Shown here: in pieces, positions 1-8,661 of the stretch
How the letters are laid out: each line of letters opens with the position of its first letter
Position numbering within the stretch: position 1 is the stretch's first letter
Source: Bacillota bacterium
GTDB taxonomy: Bacteria > Bacillota > Clostridia > Acetivibrionales > DTU013
Assembly: GCA_023412915.1 (NCBI GenBank)
Contig: JAEZRE010000018.1
Span: forward strand, 123,127-187,126
Direction: 5' to 3'
DNA: 64,000 nt
Translations under genes and position numbers: made by a program
The notes under the pieces: model-generated
What the model saw: the letters and a program-made list of their open reading frames with translations, nothing else
What the model was told of the DNA's origin: nothing
The model's database searches: none

Positions 1-20
1 TGTAAATGCTTATAATCCAT
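1..20 (-). CDS. first 6 codons of an unidentified CDS running off the left edge
   Basis: Reverse strand reads GGGAGGA, 6-nt spacer, ATG GAT TAT AAG CAT TTA. Too short to name. Confidence 0.3.
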
Positions 21-225
21 TGGACTTCCTCCCATAATAGCACACTATTCCTGACAGGTATAAAGAGCAACAAAATAGTGTTTACCTTCTCTCCAATATA
101 TCATGATACCTTCCAGCTTTATAGGGAGAAAATGAGGCCTTTAATTTTTGGGAATTATTGGTAATTAAGAGAAGGATGAGGCATGTGGTGAAAACGACCG
201 TAGAATGCATTCCAACAGGCTACGT

Positions 226-253
226 AAAGGCAAGGAACCCACTCCTTGCCTTT
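226..253. terminator. stem-loop downstream of the ABC-F gene (bidirectional shape)
   Basis: AAAGGCAAGGA / 6-nt loop / TCCTTGCCTTT gives an 11-bp stem with A and T runs on either side. It lies 17 nt past the ABC-F stop. Confidence 0.7.
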
Positions 254-269
254 ATCGGTCTTCCTGCCA

Positions 270-2339
270 TTAAATACGCCCGACAGGATATTTTGAGCCT
301 TCAGGAGCGGCGCGGTCACAAAGGCTCAGCCAGACGTCCATCATTTTACCGAGTTCCGCGTTAAGCTCCTCACGCCTGCAGTACAGCTTGCTCAGCTCAT
401 CATAATCGATCCCGTCCGCAGACATGCTTACATCAATTTTCTGTACTTCATCCTCGAGTGACTTCATATCGCACTCGAGCTTCTTCAGGTCTGCCGCTGT
501 TTTGATAGCCTCAGCCTGATGAATGCCCCCGGCAGTATTATTCCTTAAGCCATTTTCCCCGGCATCCCTATCTCCGTATGCGTTATCATTGACAGCTTTA
601 TCCCTTACGGCATTATCCCCAACAGCTTTAATCCCGGCGCCTTTATTCCCGATACTCTTTGACTCCTCCCTTTGCCGGCTTCGCTCTTCCTTTTTCAGCT
701 TATAATAATCATAGTTGCCGGGATAGCTTGAAAGCTTTTTGTCTTCGACGGCGATGACCCTGCCGCTTACCTTGTTTATAAAATATCTGTCATGGGATAT
801 GAACAGCAGCGTGCCCTCGAAATCCTCCAGTGCCTCTTCCAGGGCCTCGATCGATTCAATATCCAGATGGTTGGTAGGCTCATCCAGTATCAATACATTA
901 ATTTCATCGTACAGCAGCATGGATAGCTTCAGCCTTACCCTTTCTCCTCCGGACAGCTGCTTCACCTTCCTGAACGGGGCTTTCCCGAAAAACATGAACC
1001 GGGCCAGGTATTCCCGGGCTTTGCCCTCCAGTATATACCTGTCTTCACGAAAGCAGTCGATAACCGTTGCCTCCTCATCCTTAAAGGTAATGATCTGGGG
1101 GAGGTATGCGATTCTGGCATTTGCTCCAAATGCCGCATTACCGGAGTCTGCAGCTGCTTCTCCCAGGAGCAGTTTCAGAAAAGTGGTTTTTCCGCTGCCG
1201 TTCGGGCCGATCAAAGCTATCCTTTCGCCGGATGCGGCATACAAGTCTGCGTTGTCAAGAATGGTCCTGTCCCCGAAGCTTTTTGAGAGTCCGCAAACCT
1301 TTATGACGTCGTTTCCCGATTTGTCCGATGCATTGAAATTGATCCTGATGCTTTGCCTTTTAAATTGAGGCCTGCTTATCCTGTCCATTTTGTCCAGCTT
1401 TCTCTGAAGACTGACAGCTCTTCTGAAAAACTTGTTGTTATCAGCTTGCAGCGCCCAATTCCTTAGATCCTTAATCGTCTTTTCCATCGAGTCGATTCTT
1501 TTGCACTGCTCTTTATAGTTTTCATACTGCAGGAGCAGGTTTTCCTCTTTTTGCCGGACATAATCGGAGTAATTGCCTTCGTATGTCTCGCACTGCTTAT
1601 TCTCCACCTCTATGATTTTTGTGGCCACGTTGTCGAGAAAATACCTGTCGTGGGACACAACGATGACAATGCCCCTGTAGCCCCTGAGATGGCTTTCAAG
1701 CCATTCCGCAGAATCCATATCCAGGTGGTTCGTGGGCTCATCCAGCAGCAGTATATCCGGGCCTTCCAGAAGAATCTTTCCAAGCATTACGGACGTTCTT
1801 TCACCTCCGCTTAAAATATTGAATTCCTTCTGAAGGAACGCATCGTCAAACTTCAGTCCCGCGCATACTTTGCCGAGCTTTTCCTCCTTTTCGTACCCTC
1901 CCTTTGCGTCATAGCTCTGCTGTAACCTGCCGTACTTCTTCAGTACGGCGTCAAGAGCCTCTCCCGCAAGCTGCCCCATTAATTCCTCCAGAGCCCTCAA
2001 CTCATCTTCGATAAGCGTGAACTCCCGAAGTGCGAGCATCAGAATGTCAATTACCCTGAGGCCGGCGGGGAAGGCAGGCAGTTGATCGAGGTAGGCGACG
2101 GTTGTCCCGGCGGGATAGCTTATCCGACTCTTGCCTTCGCATATTTTCCGGTAATCTATATCCATGGGTTCGATTCCGGCAAGTAGCTTCAAAATGGTGC
2201 TTTTGCCGCTCCCGTTCGATCCAACCATGCCGACCTTGTCTCCTTCGTAGACTTTAAAACCTGCGTCGTACAGGACCAGGTTATCACCAAAATATTTTCT
2301 TATATTGTACATTGTCAATTCAAGCATAAAATCCCTCAT
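270..2339 (-). CDS. ABC-F family ATPase (two ABC domains, no membrane domain) with a long low-complexity/coiled-coil C-terminal extension
   Basis: Walker A GSNGSGKST and GPNGSGKTT. Signatures LSGGERT and LSGGERV. Walker B LLLDEPTNHLD and LILDEPTNHLD. Inter-domain linker of about 80 aa. The real start is probably ATG 2327 (GAGGG plus 5 nt) rather than 2339. Confidence 0.9.
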   Translation of the reverse strand: MRDFMLELTMYNIRKYFGDNLVLYDAGFKVYEGDKVGMVGSNGSGKSTILKLLAGIEPMDIDYRKICEGKSRISYPAGTTVAYLDQLPAFPAGLRVIDILMLALREFTLIEDELRALEELMGQLAGEALDAVLKKYGRLQQSYDAKGGYEKEEKLGKVCAGLKFDDAFLQKEFNILSGGERTSVMLGKILLEGPDILLLDEPTNHLDMDSAEWLESHLRGYRGIVIVVSHDRYFLDNVATKIIEVENKQCETYEGNYSDYVRQKEENLLLQYENYKEQCKRIDSMEKTIKDLRNWALQADNNKFFRRAVSLQRKLDKMDRISRPQFKRQSIRINFNASDKSGNDVIKVCGLSKSFGDRTILDNADLYAASGERIALIGPNGSGKTTFLKLLLGEAAADSGNAAFGANARIAYLPQIITFKDEEATVIDCFREDRYILEGKAREYLARFMFFGKAPFRKVKQLSGGERVRLKLSMLLYDEINVLILDEPTNHLDIESIEALEEALEDFEGTLLFISHDRYFINKVSGRVIAVEDKKLSSYPGNYDYYKLKKEERSRQREESKSIGNKGAGIKAVGDNAVRDKAVNDNAYGDRDAGENGLRNNTAGGIHQAEAIKTAADLKKLECDMKSLEDEVQKIDVSMSADGIDYDELSKLYCRREELNAELGKMMDVWLSLCDRAAPEGSKYPVGRI

Positions 2340-2379
2340 TCCATAATGTATAAGCCAGTTGTCTCCTTTTGTTTTCAGG

Positions 2380-2423
2380 TGTGAAAATGAAAAGGCTGCA
2401 GGAAGGTGATTCTTCCTGCAGCC
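2380..2423 (-). terminator. intrinsic terminator inside the ABC-F leader (attenuator)
   Basis: Minus strand has GGCTGCAGGAAG-aatcac-CTTCCTGCAGCC (12-bp stem, 2423..2394) followed by TTTTCATTTTC. It sits between the leader uORF and the ABC-F start. Confidence 0.75.
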
Positions 2424-2617
2424 TGAACTACCGGTTCCCTACGGTTTATATGGACAGGGGCGCCGAGAGCCTGTGCCAACCGTAAAAAGTCTGATATATT
2501 TCAGTAAAGTCAGTTACCTTCCCAATTGCCGTTCCTTTTGTGAGTGCGAAAACAAGCCTGCCTTTGCAACAAGACAAGTTTCAACTCTCCGGGAACAGAA
2601 TGATTCAGTTTTATGAA

Positions 2618-2638
2618 TCAGCAATTGGTCGGTGTCAT
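2618..2638 (-). CDS. 6-codon leader peptide uORF (MTPTNC)
   Basis: AAAGGAGAG, 9-nt spacer, ATG ACA CCG ACC AAT TGC TGA on the minus strand. Its CCAATTGC is complementary to GCAATTGG at 2529..2522. Confidence 0.5.
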   Translation of the reverse strand: MTPTNC

Positions 2639-2725
2639 GACTTCGAGCTCTCCTTTGCCTAATATATCAAACCTGACAATATTATATATGCATTCAAGCT
2701 TGCTGTATTTGTATAATTTGATTAT

Positions 2726-2971
2726 ATGGATATTTTAGGTGGTACATATGGTAAACCGATTCAGATTATCGATCGACCTGAACGATGCATAGAAAATAAT
2801 TCAGATTCATATAATAAAGTTCGGCATTTTTCAGATTTTAAATGGAGAGATGCAAATAAGGAAATCCGAAAATGGCTTTCTGGAGAGCTGGCAGGAGGAT
2901 TTCAAACATACAAATTGTTGAAATTCGGTGCTTGTAAGCCATATTTACAATTGACTTTTGACAATATATAA
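2726..2971 (+). CDS. hypothetical 81-aa protein (doubtful)
   Basis: Open frame only. No Shine-Dalgarno before ATG 2726, an A+T-rich context and no recognisable motif. Confidence 0.25.
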   Translation: MDILGGTYGKPIQIIDRPERCIENNSDSYNKVRHFSDFKWRDANKEIRKWLSGELAGGFQTYKLLKFGACKPYLQLTFDNI

Positions 2972-3054
2972 TGATTAAATCGAACGGTTAGGAAGAGCGT
3001 TTTCATAATTTCATAACGATCGCAAAAATGCAACTGTGAAATTGGAGAAGTCAC

Positions 3055-4899
3055 ATGTTTATTAAAAGAATAACGCAAGCTTTTCTGAAACTGAGGTTCG
3101 TATTCTTAACACGATCAATCAAAGCCGACTTATTGGTTGCATTTCTCATTGTGGCTTTATTGCCTGCAGCGGTTATCAATTTTTACTATTATTCCATGAT
3201 GCACAGGGAAATGAACAATAAGATTCAGTCCTATACGAGTGAAATCATCAGGCAGGTAGGGCAGACAATCGATACAATGCTTGCCCAGACCGAGCTGATA
3301 CAAAAGCAGATCATCTCGGTAATGATCACTTCCGTCGCACCGGAGCTTGAAGGCAATATGAGTCCTGAAGAAAAATTGAACCTGCCTTACAAAACTGACA
3401 GGCTTATTACGAATATCATACGCGATTTTCCTCCGATTTCGGATGCGTATTTTATTGAAAGCGGAGGAGATCATTACTCTTCAAGCATGAATGTGAACTA
3501 TGAGCTCTTGGACCGAAAGGAGTGGATTCATAACGCGGCTGATCTGCCTGCTGCAGGCACTGTCATACCGACCCATTACAACGATTATTATGACATAAAC
3601 AGGGCCGGCAATATGTTTCCCGTCGTTTCCTTCATCAAAAGAGTGAACTACGGAAAAGGCCCGGGATCCGAAAGAATTGGCGTGGCACAGGTGGATCTCA
3701 AATATGACGCCATCGCAGAAATCATCGAAAATGCCCGGATAGATGGGGAAAGCTTGACATACTTAACGGACGGGAACGGCAGGGTGATCTATTCAAACGA
3801 CAGCAAAGATTTCGGGAAAACCACGGAATTCCTCAAATATAATGGAATCCGTATCAGCGAACTGATGGAGAATCCTCAGTTGATGAAAAAAAACAATGCC
3901 GTTGTGCTGAAATATGAATTTGCAGACTACAAATGGAATCTGATAACCGTCTTGTCCACGGACGTCATGTACAAGCAGCTGAACGAACTCAAGAACCTGT
4001 CGGTTCTGGTCATGGGAATATCTCTGATCATTACGCTGATCATGTCCTTCACGCTGTCGGGCAGTATCATACGACCGATCAACAGGATGGTCGGAGCGAT
4101 GAAGAAGGTCGAAGGCGGAGATTTCAATGTAACAGTACCGGATATCGGGTACAGGGACCTTCATGTTTTATCCGCCAGCTTCAATAAAATGATCAGTGAA
4201 ATCGATGTATTGATGAAGAACATGATCGAAAAAGAAACAGAAAAAACGAATGCGCAGCTCAAGGCATTGCAAGCGCAGATCAATCCCCATTTCCTGTACA
4301 ACACGCTGGAGGTTGTCAGAAGCATTGCTCTGGAGAATAAGGTAAAAAGTATTGCGGAAATTTCTAAATCCCTGTCGGGAATCTTTCGCTACAGTATCAG
4401 CAAAGAGAAGGATATCGTAACGGTTGGGGAGGAAATCGAGCACATAAGGAATTACCTGAAAATCCAGCATTACAGGTTCGGAGACAAGCTGGAGGCGCTG
4501 ATTGACATCGGCGAAGATGCGATGAAATGCAAAATTCCCCGTTTCATCATACAACCGCTGGTTGAAAACTCCATTTTTCACGGAATTGAAACGAAGCTCG
4601 GAAAAGGGACGATCCGCATAAGCGCTTCCAGATCGGAAGGCGTGCTGGATATCTGGGTTTCGGACAACGGAACAGGAATACCTGCCGATAAACTGGAAAG
4701 CATAAAACATGCCTTGAACGAATATGGACTCGAAGCGTTGAAGGACAATAACTCAAGTCTTGGCATCGGAGTCCTGAATGTAAATATGAGACTGAAGCTG
4801 CTATATGGCGACAAATGTCATTTTGAAATAAAGAGCATTCCTTATGTGGAAACGACCGTTCATATTCAAATACCGGAGATACTGGGGGTGAATCCGTGA
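3055..4899 (+). CDS. sensor histidine kinase, YesM/LytS-type (two TM segments around a large extracytoplasmic domain, then HAMP, His_kinase and HATPase)
   Basis: H-box region QINPHFLYNTLE. ATPase boxes ENSIFHG, DNGTGI and GIGVLNV. N-terminal TM LLVAFLIVALLPAAVINFYYY and a second TM around residue 320. GGAGAAG precedes the ATG. Confidence 0.9.
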   Translation: MFIKRITQAFLKLRFVFLTRSIKADLLVAFLIVALLPAAVINFYYYSMMHREMNNKIQSYTSEIIRQVGQTIDTMLAQTELIQKQIISVMITSVAPELEGNMSPEEKLNLPYKTDRLITNIIRDFPPISDAYFIESGGDHYSSSMNVNYELLDRKEWIHNAADLPAAGTVIPTHYNDYYDINRAGNMFPVVSFIKRVNYGKGPGSERIGVAQVDLKYDAIAEIIENARIDGESLTYLTDGNGRVIYSNDSKDFGKTTEFLKYNGIRISELMENPQLMKKNNAVVLKYEFADYKWNLITVLSTDVMYKQLNELKNLSVLVMGISLIITLIMSFTLSGSIIRPINRMVGAMKKVEGGDFNVTVPDIGYRDLHVLSASFNKMISEIDVLMKNMIEKETEKTNAQLKALQAQINPHFLYNTLEVVRSIALENKVKSIAEISKSLSGIFRYSISKEKDIVTVGEEIEHIRNYLKIQHYRFGDKLEALIDIGEDAMKCKIPRFIIQPLVENSIFHGIETKLGKGTIRISASRSEGVLDIWVSDNGTGIPADKLESIKHALNEYGLEALKDNNSSLGIGVLNVNMRLKLLYGDKCHFEIKSIPYVETTVHIQIPEILGVNP

Positions 4900-5735
4900 T
4901 AAACATGATAATTATCGACGATGAAGAATGGATCCTGAAATTGATAAAAAACCTCGTACCGGCGAAAGAATTGGGGATTTCCATTGTCGGGGAGGCGTCC
5001 AACGGAGTGGACGGCCTTTCGCTTTGCCGAAAGTACAAACCGGATATTGTGCTATCCGACATCAGAATGCCTGTTATAGACGGATTGGAACTGATCGAGC
5101 GTCTGCATTATGAATGCCCGAATACCAAGGTTGTTGTCATAAGCGGATACGATGAATTTGCCTATGCCCAGAAAGCTCTTAAATTCGGAGCCTTCGATTA
5201 CATTCTGAAGCCGATAGACGAGGAGGAACTGGTGAAAATACTTGTGCGGTTCAAAAACCAGTTTACCAGACAGGAAAAAGCACAGCAAAAGATCCGGAAA
5301 TTGAAGTCCGAATTGGAGAAGGTACAGCAAAGCATTACCGAACCTGCTCCGGCTGCCGCTCCGTCCGACGAAACGGAAGGAAAATCCGAGGTGGGTAAAA
5401 TACTTGCGTATATCGGGGAGAAATACCGGGACAGTATTACGCTGGAAGATGCGGCAAAAATGGTTTTCATGAATAAGAACTACTTTTCGGAGGTGTTCAA
5501 AAAGGAAGCCGGGATAGGGTTCAATGAATATCTCAACAAGGTAAGGATACAAAAGGCTAAAAAATTGTTGGAGATCCCTCACCTGAAGATCAATGAAGCG
5601 GGCGACATGGTTGGATACAGTGACGCCGCTTATTTCATCAAGGTCTTTAAAAAATATTACGGGATGACCCCAAACGAATACAGACAGCAAATCTTCCTTA
5701 CCCGGAAGGATGCGGGATTGGAGGAGAACGATTGA
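4896..5735 (+). CDS. response regulator, REC plus AraC-type HTH (YesN-like)
   Basis: REC motifs IIIDDEEW, SDIRMPVIDG and KP. C-terminal AraC HTH (YFSEVFKKEAGIGFNEYL..GYSDAAYFIKVFKKYYGMTPNEYR). The start overlaps the kinase stop (GTGA). Confidence 0.9.
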   Translation: MINMIIIDDEEWILKLIKNLVPAKELGISIVGEASNGVDGLSLCRKYKPDIVLSDIRMPVIDGLELIERLHYECPNTKVVVISGYDEFAYAQKALKFGAFDYILKPIDEEELVKILVRFKNQFTRQEKAQQKIRKLKSELEKVQQSITEPAPAAAPSDETEGKSEVGKILAYIGEKYRDSITLEDAAKMVFMNKNYFSEVFKKEAGIGFNEYLNKVRIQKAKKLLEIPHLKINEAGDMVGYSDAAYFIKVFKKYYGMTPNEYRQQIFLTRKDAGLEEND

Positions 5736-7087
5736 AAAAAGTCTTACTCAGGCGAATACACCTATTGTTCGCTTTGCTGCTATCAGCCGGATTGCTGGCG
5801 GGCTGCATAGCTTCGCCGGCAGTGGATCCGGGGCAGAACGCTTCCGGACAGGACGGGAAGGAAAAGCCCAAGATACGGATCGCTTACAGCTGGAATGCCG
5901 GGACAGGGTTTGAAAAGGCATTTTCAGATCAGTTGAAGCAATTCGGGGAAGACAATGCCGAGCTCGCGGAATACACTTTCGAGGGGGAACGGGGAGACAG
6001 CCTGAGGGACAAGATTAAAATCGATCAGGCGGCGAACAGCCTTCCCGACATCTTCTACTACTGGTCTCTCACGTCGCTTAAGACGATGTACGAAGAAGGC
6101 CTTATTCTGGATGTGAATAAGTATTTCGACGCCAGCAATTCCGTCAAGGCCGATAAATTTGTCCGGTATGCTCTGGACGCGTATTCGCCCGACGGAAAGA
6201 GCGTTTACGCAGTGCCCGCAACCGGTTCCATGGATTATTTTGCGTGTAACCGTGAATTGTTCGAAAAATACGGTCTGAAGTATCCGAAAACCTATGAGGA
6301 GCTTCTTGCCGTCTCTAAAGTCTTCCGGGATAACGGCGTGACGCCGCTGGCCGTCGGATCCAAAGGCGGAAATCCGGCGCATTTCCTGTTTGCGGAAGTC
6401 TATTACCAGTTCGGCTCACTTGAATACATGAATAAGGTCACAACGGGCAAAAACAGGTTCGATTATGATCTGAACAGAAAAACTGCGGATATTGTTCTCG
6501 ACATGGCGCGAAACGGTTTATTCCCTGAAGATACCGTGGCCAGCGGTTATTTTGCACCTAGCGTATCCCTTTTCAACGAGGAAAAAGCCGCGATGATCCT
6601 CGGTCAGACTTGGTCGATACAGTATTTCAAGGATGAGATCATCCCGAAGATAGATCTGATAACCTTCCCAAAATTCCCGGATGCCGTGAACGACCCCTCG
6701 AGCTTTTGCGTTGGCGGGGTAAACAACGGATGGGTGATCAACAGGGCATCCTTCGAAGACCCCAAGGAAGGGAAGGCTGTAGTTGCCGCCATGGATTTCC
6801 TCGTCTCCGACCGGATAATGTCACTGATTGCCGAAAACGGAGAGTTTATTATGAAAAAAATGGAGGTCGATCCATCCAAGCTTTCCCCCCTTTATAAGAA
6901 GGTTGTCCAATTCACTCAGGCTCAGAAGCCTCTCACAAATTTCTGGATTCTCATGCCAGATCCTACCTCGCAGGAAGTTTTAAGTGTTTCCATGGATGAG
7001 CTCTGGGCACAGACCATCGATTCTGCAACGTTTTGCAGGAAGATCCAGTCTTCCATCGACAACGCGGTGCAAAATGAATTGCCTTGA
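5732..7087 (+). CDS. extracellular solute-binding lipoprotein (ABC SBP family 1), probably the sensor-associated paralogue
   Basis: Lipobox LLAGC. TTG start overlaps the regulator stop (ATTGA) and follows GGAGGAG. About two-thirds identical, by eye, to the next SBP over the blocks I aligned. Confidence 0.85.
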   Translation: MKKVLLRRIHLLFALLLSAGLLAGCIASPAVDPGQNASGQDGKEKPKIRIAYSWNAGTGFEKAFSDQLKQFGEDNAELAEYTFEGERGDSLRDKIKIDQAANSLPDIFYYWSLTSLKTMYEEGLILDVNKYFDASNSVKADKFVRYALDAYSPDGKSVYAVPATGSMDYFACNRELFEKYGLKYPKTYEELLAVSKVFRDNGVTPLAVGSKGGNPAHFLFAEVYYQFGSLEYMNKVTTGKNRFDYDLNRKTADIVLDMARNGLFPEDTVASGYFAPSVSLFNEEKAAMILGQTWSIQYFKDEIIPKIDLITFPKFPDAVNDPSSFCVGGVNNGWVINRASFEDPKEGKAVVAAMDFLVSDRIMSLIAENGEFIMKKMEVDPSKLSPLYKKVVQFTQAQKPLTNFWILMPDPTSQEVLSVSMDELWAQTIDSATFCRKIQSSIDNAVQNELP

Positions 7088-7088
7088 C

Positions 7089-7152
7089 CTGAATTTTTTC
7101 CTACGAATCTGAATTATTTAAAATTTCATAGAATGTACCTGATGCTTATAAT
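7089..7152 (+). promoter_or_regulatory. candidate regulated promoter of the sugar operon with upstream direct repeats
   Basis: CTGAATTTTTT at 7089 and CTGAATTATTT at 7109 (20-bp period). TTCATA (7125-7130), 16-nt spacer, TATAAT (7147-7152). Confidence 0.4.
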
Positions 7153-7207
7153 GTAATTGTAATCAGTTTTTAAAAACGATTATGAAAAATGAAAAGGAGG
7201 AAATAGA

Positions 7208-8584
7208 ATGTACAAAAAAAGCATCAGGCGCATCACCACCCTCATCCTCGTGGCTCTTCTCGTCGGGGGTGCATTTACCGGCTGCGGAGCGAACTCGCAA
7301 GGGACCGGGGATCAAACCTCTACCGCAGCGAATGCATCCACAGCAGTTGCAGAACAAACGGCACCTTCTGAAAAACCGACAATCAGAATAGCTCACACGT
7401 GGACTGCCGACAAAGGTGTGGACAAGGCTATAAACGATGGAATCAAAAATTTCATCGATGCCAACAAGGACCTCGCTAACTACAGTGTAGAAGCGGAGCA
7501 GGGGGATAACCTGAGAAACAAGATCAAGATCGATCTTGCCGCAAACAATCTTCCCGACATCTTCTACTATTGGGCGATCACTTCTTTGAAACCCATGTAT
7601 GAAGCGGATCTTCTCCTCGACGTAAATGAATATTTCGCTAAAAGTACGGAAGTAAAAGCCGAAGATTTCGTACCTGAAGCCCTCGCATCCTACACGCCGG
7701 ACGGAAAGCATACTTACGGAATCCCTACGGAGGGTTCGGCTGACTATCTTGCCTGCAACAAGGAATTGTTTGCAAAATATAATCTCCAATATCCTAAAAC
7801 CTACAAGGAACTTCTGGCAGTTGCCAAGGTCTTCTCAGACAACGGCATCATCCCCATGGCTGTTGGAGCCAAGGGCGGCAATCCCGGCCATTTCTTCTTT
7901 GCTGAAGCTTATTACCAGTTCGGAAGCTTTGATTACATGAATAAGGTAACCACCGGCGAAAACAAATTCGACTACGACCTGAACCAAAAGACAGCCGGCC
8001 TTATTCTTGACATGGCAAAGAACAAGGTATTCCCGAGCGATACTATAGGCAATGGAGATTTCGCTCCCGCAGTTTCCCTCTACAACGAGGAAAAGGCTGC
8101 TATGATTCTCGGACAGACCTGGTCCATCAGCAATTTCAAGGATGAGATCGTGTCAAAGACCGATCTGATCAGCTTCCCCAAATTCGAGGACGCAGTGAAC
8201 GATCCCGCAGGCTTTACAGTAGGCGGCGTCAACAACGGATGGGTTATAAACAAGGCCTCCTTCAACGATCCGGCAAAGCAGGCTGCCATCGTAAAGGCAA
8301 TGGACTATCTCGTTTCCGATGAAATGTATGTCTACATGGCTGAATTCGGACAGTTCATAATGAAGAATGTAGACATTTCCAAAGCAAAAATTTCTCCTCT
8401 GTACTCCAAGGTACTTGACTTTACGAAAGACCAGAAAAAATACGCAAACTTCTGGGTTCTGATGCCGGATCCCGTATCACAGGAAGTATTCAGTTCTTCA
8501 ATCGACGAACTCTGGGCGCAGGCAATTGACGCCAAGGGCTTCTGTGAAAAAGTTCAAAAATCCATAGACAAAGCAGTGAAATAA
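7208..8584 (+). CDS. extracellular solute-binding lipoprotein of the ABC importer
   Basis: Lipobox FTGC. AAAGGAGGA lies 7 nt before the ATG. Paralogue of 5732-7087. Followed by a stem-loop and two permease genes. Confidence 0.9.
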   Translation: MYKKSIRRITTLILVALLVGGAFTGCGANSQGTGDQTSTAANASTAVAEQTAPSEKPTIRIAHTWTADKGVDKAINDGIKNFIDANKDLANYSVEAEQGDNLRNKIKIDLAANNLPDIFYYWAITSLKPMYEADLLLDVNEYFAKSTEVKAEDFVPEALASYTPDGKHTYGIPTEGSADYLACNKELFAKYNLQYPKTYKELLAVAKVFSDNGIIPMAVGAKGGNPGHFFFAEAYYQFGSFDYMNKVTTGENKFDYDLNQKTAGLILDMAKNKVFPSDTIGNGDFAPAVSLYNEEKAAMILGQTWSISNFKDEIVSKTDLISFPKFEDAVNDPAGFTVGGVNNGWVINKASFNDPAKQAAIVKAMDYLVSDEMYVYMAEFGQFIMKNVDISKAKISPLYSKVLDFTKDQKKYANFWVLMPDPVSQEVFSSSIDELWAQAIDAKGFCEKVQKSIDKAVK

Positions 8585-8604
8585 ATTGGTTACCTGGCTT
8601 GAGT

Positions 8605-8634
8605 AAAAACGAGGGTGATTCACCCTCGTTTTTA
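8605..8634 (+). terminator. intra-operon stem-loop after the SBP gene (partial terminator or mRNA stabiliser)
   Basis: AAAAACGAGGGTG-att-CACCCTCGTTTTT, a 13-bp perfect stem followed by a T run. Confidence 0.7.
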
Positions 8635-8661
8635 AATAATCATGGGATCGAGAGGGATGTT

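Noticed and set aside
158-364. 68-aa plus-strand ORF spanning the ABC-F terminator and 3' end.
   Set aside because: It runs through the terminator hairpin and overlaps the ABC-F coding end. No RBS and no motif.
575-640. 30-nt in-frame repeat (ACAGCTTTA at 592 and 622) encoding KAVGDNAVRD / KAVNDNAYGD in the ABC-F C-terminal extension.
   Set aside because: Only two degenerate copies inside a low-complexity linker. Probably slippage-derived filler rather than a functional element. Noted, but not worth a separate finding.
739-1368. Long antisense or overlapping ORFs inside clearly conserved genes. Examples: 739-1368 (+), 4168-4710 (-), 5052-5690 (-), 7163-7789 (-), 14083-14814 (-), 16712-17488 (-), 20039-20782 (-), 20745-21356 (-), 48446-49558 (-), 51155-51733 (-), 52057-52707 (-), 58424-59335 (-) and 61938-62555 (-).
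   Set aside because: Each lies opposite or out of frame to a gene with strong family motifs. The translations are low-complexity (Ser/Pro/Arg-rich) with no motifs and no ribosome-binding sites. These are typical shadow ORFs of moderately GC-rich coding DNA.
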